Source: a virus (lineage: Duplodnaviria > Caudoviricetes). From it: a stretch of DNA of 27,623 nucleotides. Location of the stretch: IMG/VR virus record IMGVR_UViG_3300047403_000068, positions 1 through 27,623 of that record; one strand, 5' to 3'. The notes below the pieces were generated by a model, which had not been told where the DNA came from, did not search any database, and saw nothing but the letters and a program-made list of their open reading frames with translations. Positions 1-6,854 of the stretch are shown one piece after another; positions within the stretch are counted from its first letter, which is position 1, and each line of letters starts with the position of its first letter. The translations under genes were made by a program, and so were the position numbers.

Positions 1-60
1 TACAGTGAGAACGAAAGGAACGTTAACGAAAAGAAACGTGAAGGCCAGCGATGGACTAGC

Positions 61-89
61 TTGACACAAGACTTTGAAACTGGTACTAT
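61..89 (+). promoter_or_regulatory. sigma70-type promoter (TTGACA-N17-TACTAT, extended -10 TG)
   Basis: TTGACA 61-66, 17-nt spacer, TACTAT 84-89, TG at 81-82; SD GGAGAAGG 103-110 and ATG 113 follow. Confidence 0.85.
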
Positions 90-112
90 CTCTTACATAT
101 ACGGAGAAGGCA

Positions 113-967
113 ATGACCACCACAACACCTAGTACAACACAACAGCCCAAGCCACCATCCCTAGGGGGTATCCCCATCAAGTCCCTTGCTGATGAGGATC
201 GTACTCTCACCATGATCATATGGGGAAAGTCCTCCGCAGGGAAAACTGTCCTCGCAGCGACAATGCCCGGGAAGAAGCTATGGCTCAACTTCGATCCACG
301 CGGTACACAATCCATTCCTGTAACTCGCAGCGACGTTGTTGTAGCTGACTTCTCTGGACAAGACCCGAGTGTTGTCGAGAAGTTCAAGGCAGACGATCCA
401 ATGGATATGTCCCGTATCATCAAGGAACAAGAGATCAACAGCATCATCTTCGACAGCACTACAACGTTCTCGGAAATGTCTCTCACTCACGGCGTTGACA
501 AAGCACAGTCGTACAAACAATACGCAGATGCTACCATCGAAGTCCCCGGCTACGGTGGATACGGGCATCGCAAAGCATGGATGATGTTATGCATCATCAA
601 TCTTCTCCGTGTTGCTATCCGCACTAAGACACACATCTGCTTTGTCACACACGAGGACTCACCTGAGCGAGACGCGAAAGGGAACTTGCTTTACATCACC
701 ATGATGCTTGGTTCCGATCTTGCTGAGAAAGCCGGACTCCATATCTCTGAGATATGGCATCTAGAAGATACAGGCAGCGAGCGTCGCATTGCTGTGCGTA
801 ACTGCCGTGGATGGAAACCAATTCGCTCTCGTATGTTTGAAGCGGAAGGAAGCCGACTAGAGTTCACTTGGAAATACGATGCACAGAAGAACGAAGGCAT
901 GACCATTGCTAAGTTCTACGAGCAATGGAAAGCTAACAACTTCCGCAAGATACCCATTCCTGCATAG
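113..967 (+). CDS. Sak4-like / AAA_24 P-loop ATPase (putative single-strand annealing recombinase)
   Basis: Walker A WGKSSAGKT, Walker B IIFDSTT, FVTHE motif; directly upstream of an SSB-like gene; start moved from TTG 74 to ATG 113, which has an SD and lies downstream of the promoter. Confidence 0.75.
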   Translation: MTTTTPSTTQQPKPPSLGGIPIKSLADEDRTLTMIIWGKSSAGKTVLAATMPGKKLWLNFDPRGTQSIPVTRSDVVVADFSGQDPSVVEKFKADDPMDMSRIIKEQEINSIIFDSTTTFSEMSLTHGVDKAQSYKQYADATIEVPGYGGYGHRKAWMMLCIINLLRVAIRTKTHICFVTHEDSPERDAKGNLLYITMMLGSDLAEKAGLHISEIWHLEDTGSERRIAVRNCRGWKPIRSRMFEAEGSRLEFTWKYDAQKNEGMTIAKFYEQWKANNFRKIPIPA

Positions 968-1068
968 CACTGAACACCGAATACACAACGTGTATCTATT
1001 CACGTTGCGTCTGCGTGTAGTAGGCGACGCACCTAACTGCCTACACTTTGAGAAAGAGGAAAATTAAC

Positions 1069-1509
1069 ATGGCTGATACTGAGAACCAAGAACTGCCTTC
1101 TGTGATCGACTACGGTGAGGACATTGCGAATGCGAAGCCGCCTGTACCGCTGCCGAAAGGTAAGTACCGTGCGGAGATTCGCGATGCAAAGTCTGCACTG
1201 AGCCGGACCAGTGGGAACCTGTACGCGGATGTTACGTTCTTCATCGATGCGTCCAAGTATCCGGCTGACTTCACCGATGGTGATCCCGATGGCATTGCCA
1301 TTCACTATCGCATGGTCAGTCTGGAAAAGACTCCGCGTGCTCGTTGGTTGATGAAGCAGTTTGTACAGAAGATCGGTGCGCCTAGTGGTGCATCGGTCGA
1401 TCTCAACGATTGGATTGGTCGTGAAGCGATCATCAAGATCGATCACACCAAGGACCAAGCGGGATTGTTGCAGCCGGAAATCCGCGAGATCACTCCGGTT
1501 GGTGGCTGA
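1069..1509 (+). CDS. DUF669-like phage single-stranded DNA-binding protein
   Basis: PLPKGKYRAEIRDAK...SGN N-terminus and DLNDWIGREAIIKI motif typical of DUF669-type OB-fold SSBs; Sak4-SSB synteny; SD AGAGGA 1055-1060. Confidence 0.65.
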   Translation: MADTENQELPSVIDYGEDIANAKPPVPLPKGKYRAEIRDAKSALSRTSGNLYADVTFFIDASKYPADFTDGDPDGIAIHYRMVSLEKTPRARWLMKQFVQKIGAPSGASVDLNDWIGREAIIKIDHTKDQAGLLQPEIREITPVGG

Positions 1510-1577
1510 GACAATCACGTGTAAGAACACTGTGCAATTCCGTACAGTGTAATTGTGAGTAGTGAAAGGAAAAGACA

Positions 1578-1808
1578 ATGGCTCAAGCAAAGACTGCCTC
1601 TGACAAGCCGAAGCGTCCGGTTGCGAATCCGCGTGTGTTCGTGCTGTACGTTGAAGGGGATAGCACCCCTCGTGGCGTCTGCCGTACTGCGGAGCAAGTC
1701 ATGACTGCGATGGATGCAGGCATGAAGCAGGAGCCTCCGGTTAAGATCACGTTCAAGAAGTACGATCTTCCGCGTGGTCCTGCCCGTAAGGCGTCTGCGT
1801 CAGCGTAA
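1578..1808 (+). CDS. small basic hypothetical protein (76 aa), possibly nucleic-acid binding
   Basis: SD AAAGGA 1565-1570, Lys/Arg/Ala-rich termini, followed by an intrinsic terminator. Confidence 0.75.
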   Translation: MAQAKTASDKPKRPVANPRVFVLYVEGDSTPRGVCRTAEQVMTAMDAGMKQEPPVKITFKKYDLPRGPARKASASA

Positions 1809-1820
1809 CGGCTGATTGAG

Positions 1821-1856
1821 TAACGGTGGGGGACTGCAACCCCACCGTTATTTTTT
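1821..1856 (+). terminator. Rho-independent terminator
   Basis: 11-bp stem TAACGGTGGGG (1821-1831) / CCCCACCGTTA (1840-1850) followed by TTTTTT. Confidence 0.9.
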
Positions 1857-1872
1857 GGACAAGGAGAACAGA

Positions 1873-2133
1873 ATGAAACTTCCAAGGTCAATCAGCATTC
1901 CAATTCCGCATGATGTAGTCAGTGCAGATCGTGCATCGGAACTTGGCGATGCTAAGTCAGAATTTCTGCATATCCGTATCCATCCGAAGGAGAAGGAACT
2001 AATACATACGGTTGCAAAGGACGTTCTCAAAACGACACCAGCGATCTTTGTACGTTGGCTAACAATCCTTGCAGCTAGAGAAATCCAAGCAAAAGTCAAT
2101 CAGCTAAATGGAGTGTCCGCCAATGGAGAATGA
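1873..2133 (+). CDS. ribbon-helix-helix DNA-binding protein (DUF1778/MobC-like)
   Basis: KSEFLHIRIHPKEKELIHTVAK...TTPAIFVRWL fits the beta-alpha-alpha RHH pattern; SD AAGGAG 1861-1866 before ATG 1873. Confidence 0.6.
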   Translation: MKLPRSISIPIPHDVVSADRASELGDAKSEFLHIRIHPKEKELIHTVAKDVLKTTPAIFVRWLTILAAREIQAKVNQLNGVSANGE

Positions 2134-3454
2134 ACTAGAGGAAGATAACAATGGAACTAGTGAGGAATCTGTATACACGCCAGCGAACATCGAGCTTGAC
2201 CCACAACAGACAATCGCAGTTAACACTGCGCTCGATGTTACTAAACGAATCGTCGGTATTACTGGTCCTGCTGGTTCTGGAAAAACTACCATCCTGCGAC
2301 ATGTGTATTCGCAGCTTATTGCGGCAGGATATCGTGTCGCTTTGGCAGCCCCAACTGGAAAGGCAGCTAAGAGAATATCAGAAGCAACAGGCATCAAGGC
2401 CACTACAATGCACCGCTTGCTTGAGTTCTCTTATCCAGGAGAGCGTGATCCTAAGACTGGAAAGGTATATGGAACTTCTGAACCAAAGCGATGTAAGGAA
2501 AATCCACTAGAGTACGATGTTGTACTAGGCGATGAATACGCAATGGTCAACCGAGACTTGCATCGTTGCATTATCGATGCACTTCCTCCTGCTGGCCGTG
2601 TCGTTGCGTTCGGTGACTTAGCACAGCTACCGCCGATTGAGTCCTCTCCTGTGTACAGAGACATGCCTTCTCCATTCACGGAGATACTAGAGCGTTTCCC
2701 TAGTGTTCGACTGAATACCATCCATCGGCAGTCAAAGGGGAGTACGATTGTTGAAAACGCCAGCCGCATCCTCAAGGGTTTCCTTCCGCGTAGGACACCT
2801 GACTTTGATCTACGGATCACCGATGATCCAATTCCCGTTCTCACTGCGATTGTCCAAGCGTATCTCAAACAAGGCGTGGACTTTTCAAAGACGAACAACC
2901 AGATCATTGTGCCGATGAATATCTCTCGCGTTGGCTCTCATGCATTGAATGGACATATCCGAAATGTATTCGAGACAACAGAGACACAATGGATCGCGCT
3001 TCCCCGACACAGTTGGGATGAGAAGTATCCAATCTCCATCCGTGTTGGATCAAAGGTGATCTATGGGAAGAACGATTATCAGATCAACGTGTTCAATGGC
3101 GAGACTGGTATTGTCACAGAGATCACGGAGTACGGGGAAGTTGCAATCAATCTCGGGGATCGCACTGTTGTAATCCCTCCGCGCATCGAGTACACTATTC
3201 CAAACACTGACGGCGGCTGGAAGCGTGTGGTGTATGATCCACGAAAAGAAATCTACCTCGCGTATGTACTAACGACACACAAATCACAGGGAAGCGAGTA
3301 CGAACACGTGATCTATCTGATGAACAGATCAATGTATCGTATGCAAGTACGGTCAAATCTGTACACTGGCATCACTCGTGCTCGTTTCGGAGTGGCACTC
3401 GTAACTGACAGCCGTTCCCTTAGCAACGCAGTAACCAGAGAGAGGGTAGTGTAG
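2123..3454 (+). CDS. RecD2/Dda-like SF1B DNA helicase
   Basis: Motifs GPAGSGKTT, APTGKAA, DEYAMV, GDLAQLPPI, HRQ, FNGETG, AYVLTTHKSQGSEY, LYTGITRAR; GGAG 2110-2113 favours ATG 2123 over ATG 2108. Confidence 0.92.
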   Translation: MENELEEDNNGTSEESVYTPANIELDPQQTIAVNTALDVTKRIVGITGPAGSGKTTILRHVYSQLIAAGYRVALAAPTGKAAKRISEATGIKATTMHRLLEFSYPGERDPKTGKVYGTSEPKRCKENPLEYDVVLGDEYAMVNRDLHRCIIDALPPAGRVVAFGDLAQLPPIESSPVYRDMPSPFTEILERFPSVRLNTIHRQSKGSTIVENASRILKGFLPRRTPDFDLRITDDPIPVLTAIVQAYLKQGVDFSKTNNQIIVPMNISRVGSHALNGHIRNVFETTETQWIALPRHSWDEKYPISIRVGSKVIYGKNDYQINVFNGETGIVTEITEYGEVAINLGDRTVVIPPRIEYTIPNTDGGWKRVVYDPRKEIYLAYVLTTHKSQGSEYEHVIYLMNRSMYRMQVRSNLYTGITRARFGVALVTDSRSLSNAVTRERVV

Positions 3455-3456
3455 CC

Positions 3457-3522
3457 ATGCTTGATTGGTTGATCAATTTCATCGTCGATTTAGTAACACA
3501 ACCTGGAAGGAGAAAGCCATGA
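3457..3522 (+). CDS. putative 21-aa peptide MLDWLINFIVDLVTQPGRRKP
   Basis: Fills the helicase-kinase gap; GAGGG upstream; TGA overlaps the next ATG (ATGA). Confidence 0.45.
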   Translation: MLDWLINFIVDLVTQPGRRKP

Positions 3523-4220
3523 CTCGTGTTGTATTTATCACTGGTGCCCCACGATCAGGAAAGTCTACTGTATCGAAGCATCTTCTTTACTCTGCCGTTG
3601 GTAAAACGGGATGCACTTCCGGTATGGTTATCACAACCAGCGAAGCACTCAAACGTGCTGTGCATTCTCTCATTGGCATGTTCAATATCTCTCCTGATAC
3701 ATTCGAGACTCTGAAAGACTCACCACTAGACTCATTCAATGGGCTCACCCCTCGTCGTGCATACATCAAAGCATACGAGTTCGGTGCGTCTATCTTTGGT
3801 CCTGCATTTCTCGGAGACAGCATACTGCATAGAATGTCCTCTGCACCAAGTAAGTGTCTAATCATCACCGATCCGGGCCGCAGAGAAGAAGCAGCACGTG
3901 TTATCCACGAAGTCGGCGCGTATAACTGTATGCATATCCACATTGAAAGAGGCAACATGCATACGTTGAATACAGAAGGTGTGGCGTACACCATACCTGC
4001 TGATGGATTAGAGGACTCTCGCTTTCCGTTTCAACTCAATGCAGAAGGTGTACCTACGTATGTCCTCCGAAACAACTCCACCCTCGATCAACTCCATGCT
4101 CGTGCCGATAGCATCATCGACGAGTGGGTACAATACCTCTCAAGAGCTAATCCGCGATCTGGTCAAGCGAGCGCACTCGGCGCATCTTCAAGTGGACTGC
4201 CCACCACAGGGGAAGATTGA
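3519..4220 (+). CDS. deoxynucleoside monophosphate kinase-like P-loop protein
   Basis: ITGAPRSGKST P-loop, EALK, GLTPR, IITD..R.EE, C-terminal VLRNNSTLDQL; SD AAGGAG before ATG 3519. Confidence 0.7.
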   Translation: MTRVVFITGAPRSGKSTVSKHLLYSAVGKTGCTSGMVITTSEALKRAVHSLIGMFNISPDTFETLKDSPLDSFNGLTPRRAYIKAYEFGASIFGPAFLGDSILHRMSSAPSKCLIITDPGRREEAARVIHEVGAYNCMHIHIERGNMHTLNTEGVAYTIPADGLEDSRFPFQLNAEGVPTYVLRNNSTLDQLHARADSIIDEWVQYLSRANPRSGQASALGASSSGLPTTGED

Positions 4221-6588
4221 TGCGCGCATCGCTATCATTGCAGAAGCTCCTGGCGAAACTGAAGTCAAGCTCAAATCACCGCTTGTTGGCGGAAGCGGTA
4301 AACTTCTGTGGGACAAACTCAAACGTTTCGATATCGATCGAACTCAGTGTTGGGTTACGAACGTTATTAAGAGACAGCTTGTACAGAACAGATTTGCACC
4401 AAAGGCTCCTATTGCCAGTGCAGAGTATAACTACTGGTGCGAACTACTACGTTGGGAGCTTGGCCAACTCAAGAACTGTCAGTACGTGCTCATTCTCGGC
4501 GGCCCAGCACTTAACGCTGTTCGACATAGCGGTGAGAATAGCATCGATGATTACCGTGGATCGTGCGAGCGTTTGGATGACAACAGATGGTACACGTATA
4601 CGTACAATCCAGCGTTTGTTATCCGAGAGCCTAAGCTCGAAACGATCTTCATGCTCGATCTTGCCAAGTTCGATGGGCTGATGCGAGGGAAATATGTTGA
4701 GTACAAAACTGATGCGATCATCAATCCGTCGCCTCGTGAAGCGATCGACTGGTGCACTATGCTCATCGACAATGCAAAACAAAAGCCGGTTGCGTTCGAT
4801 ATCGAAACGATTGCTGGGGAAACTGCCTGCATTGGGCTTGGAAACGATGATCATCAAGCGATGTGCATCAACTTTCGCACACGGAGCGATCATAGGTTCT
4901 CACTATCCGAAGAAACGCAGGTACGTCTTGCCATCGGAAGGGTACTACAAAATCCAAACGTTAAACTTGTGGCGCAAAACGGCAACTTCGACTCGTATTG
5001 GCTATGGTACAAAGATCGCATTCGTGTCCGTCGCGTCTGGTTTGATACGTTGCTCGCTCATCACACGCTCTACCCACAGCTTCCCCATAATCTCGGGTTT
5101 ATCGTCTCGCAGTACACATGGCATCCGTACTATAAGAATGAGAAAGACGAATGGCGAGAGAAATCCGGTGGAGATATTGATGATTTTTGGCGATACAATG
5201 TTAAAGACGTCTGCCTTACGCTGCACTGCCACCGCCCGTTACTTAGGGAAATACAACGAGAGAACATGGAGCACCTTTATTTTCGTCACATCATGCGTCT
5301 TAACCCACACTTGGCGAGAATGACTGTTAATGGAGTACTCTGTGATGTTGACATGAAGGAGCATCTTAAGGTTGACCTTGCAGCAGAGTTAGAAAAACTA
5401 CGTGAGGATTTTTATATAGCAGTACAGACAGCAACAGGTGATCCAGAATATCGTCCTAATCCACTTTCGCACATACAAGTACGTGATCTATTGTTTAATC
5501 GTCTGCATCTATCTGGACGAGGACAGTCTACTGGTGACGATAATCGTGAAAGGATGATGAAACACCATGAGACAAATGATGCAGCGCGTCTCGTGCTCAC
5601 GAGCATGGATAAATTCAAGAAGGCAAAGAAGTTCTTTGGTACATATGTCGAAATGGAGCTTGATGAGGATAATCGCTTCCGGTGCGAGTACTCCCAGTAT
5701 TCCACTGTACGCGCTCCTGGCCGTCTTGGATCGAAAGCGGTTATGTGGGGTAACGGTGGTAACTTACAGAACCAGCCACAAGCAATGCAGAAGATGTTTA
5801 TTGCTGATGAAGGCTGGGGGTTTGTGTACTTTGATATGTCACAGATCGAAGCAAGACTCGTTGCGTGGATTGTTCCCATCCCTGCGTGGCAAGAGCAGTT
5901 TGAGTATGCAAGATTGAAAGGCGGGTACGACTGTCACCGTGCTTTGTGCGCGGAAATGTTCAAGATACCCTATGATCAAACTCCAGAGAAGGATTGGAAC
6001 GACGATGGAACTCCAACTCTACGATACATTGCGAAAAGATGCAGGCATGGTCTTAATTACAGAATGGGTCCGGACATTCTGGCGGTTCAAACTGGTCTAT
6101 CAATGTTGCAAGCAACCGATGCATACGTACGTTATCACAAAACGACACCTATTCTTAAATCTAGAAATGGATGGTGGCACAGAGTTGAGCAAAACGTACG
6201 GGATCATGTTCCTCTCCACTCGATATTTGGACGAAAGCTATTAGCCCGTGGCCGTATAGACGATGCAATTCTAGAATCTTGTATCGCATTTGAACCGCAG
6301 TCAACGGCAGGAGATCATGTTGCTAGTGTGATCTATAAATGCATGGAAGATGCCGAATGGCCACGCGATAAACATGGAGAACCGTGTGTGTCATTGAATA
6401 TCCATGATGCACTAATCACTCTCTGTCCACTTGAGTTGCGTTCCAAAGTGATAGAGATACAACGCAAGTACGCAGAGGCTCCACTCAAATTCCCAAGTGG
6501 TGATCTAATCATTCCTGCGGAGTTTGGGTTATCTCAACCTGACGAGAAAGGAATACATCGATGGTCAACGATCAAGAAAATAAAGTGA
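4060..6588 (+). CDS. polA: family A DNA polymerase with N-terminal UDG family 4-like domain and 3'-5' exonuclease
   Basis: UDG-like AEAPGETE..PLVGGSGKLL, VTNVIK, TYNPAF; ExoI FDIET, ExoII QNGNFD, ExoIII YNVKD; pol motifs A DMSQIEAR, B RYIAKRCRHGLNY, C IHDA; SD-like AAGGTG before ATG 4060 (start uncertain: 4039, 4060 or 4096). Confidence 0.93.
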   Translation: MSSETTPPSINSMLVPIASSTSGYNTSQELIRDLVKRAHSAHLQVDCPPQGKIDARIAIIAEAPGETEVKLKSPLVGGSGKLLWDKLKRFDIDRTQCWVTNVIKRQLVQNRFAPKAPIASAEYNYWCELLRWELGQLKNCQYVLILGGPALNAVRHSGENSIDDYRGSCERLDDNRWYTYTYNPAFVIREPKLETIFMLDLAKFDGLMRGKYVEYKTDAIINPSPREAIDWCTMLIDNAKQKPVAFDIETIAGETACIGLGNDDHQAMCINFRTRSDHRFSLSEETQVRLAIGRVLQNPNVKLVAQNGNFDSYWLWYKDRIRVRRVWFDTLLAHHTLYPQLPHNLGFIVSQYTWHPYYKNEKDEWREKSGGDIDDFWRYNVKDVCLTLHCHRPLLREIQRENMEHLYFRHIMRLNPHLARMTVNGVLCDVDMKEHLKVDLAAELEKLREDFYIAVQTATGDPEYRPNPLSHIQVRDLLFNRLHLSGRGQSTGDDNRERMMKHHETNDAARLVLTSMDKFKKAKKFFGTYVEMELDEDNRFRCEYSQYSTVRAPGRLGSKAVMWGNGGNLQNQPQAMQKMFIADEGWGFVYFDMSQIEARLVAWIVPIPAWQEQFEYARLKGGYDCHRALCAEMFKIPYDQTPEKDWNDDGTPTLRYIAKRCRHGLNYRMGPDILAVQTGLSMLQATDAYVRYHKTTPILKSRNGWWHRVEQNVRDHVPLHSIFGRKLLARGRIDDAILESCIAFEPQSTAGDHVASVIYKCMEDAEWPRDKHGEPCVSLNIHDALITLCPLELRSKVIEIQRKYAEAPLKFPSGDLIIPAEFGLSQPDEKGIHRWSTIKKIK

Positions 6589-6854
6589 TTTATTACTACA
6601 TTCGCGTACACTTTGCTGGACTTAGTGAAGATCAAGAAGAAACACAACTCATTGTGAAAACCAAAGAAGAAGCTGAAAACATACTGAGGCGATTTAATCA
6701 AGAGCTTATAGTGAATATAGTTAATCGCAGAGCAAACGGTGAACTTACATCTAGTAGTATGCTGTTTATGAATCACGTGCGTCAGGTGTATGTACAAGCT
6801 CTTTCTGCATCTGAACAGATTTGGAAATCGTTTCTGTTTTCTGAGGTTAAATGA
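6561..6854 (+). CDS. hypothetical protein (97 aa), AT-rich
   Basis: SD AAGGA before ATG 6561; overlaps the pol stop and the next start; alternative GTG 6585. Confidence 0.6.
   Translation: MVNDQENKVIYYYIRVHFAGLSEDQEETQLIVKTKEEAENILRRFNQELIVNIVNRRANGELTSSSMLFMNHVRQVYVQALSASEQIWKSFLFSEVK

Noticed and set aside
74-112. TTG start at 74 for the ATPase, and similar upstream extensions at 1048, 1816, 3465, 8928, 17403 and 18019
   Set aside because: They run through a promoter, terminator or neighbouring gene and lack SDs; downstream ATGs have clear SDs
1-132. 3' end of an upstream gene (frame 1 open to TAG 132; frame 2 open to TGA 64)
   Set aside because: Too short to choose a frame or assign a product
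4217-5323. Alternative-frame ORFs of 154 and 209 aa inside the polymerase
   Set aside because: No motifs, Ser/Arg-rich off-frame composition, fully nested in a well-supported gene
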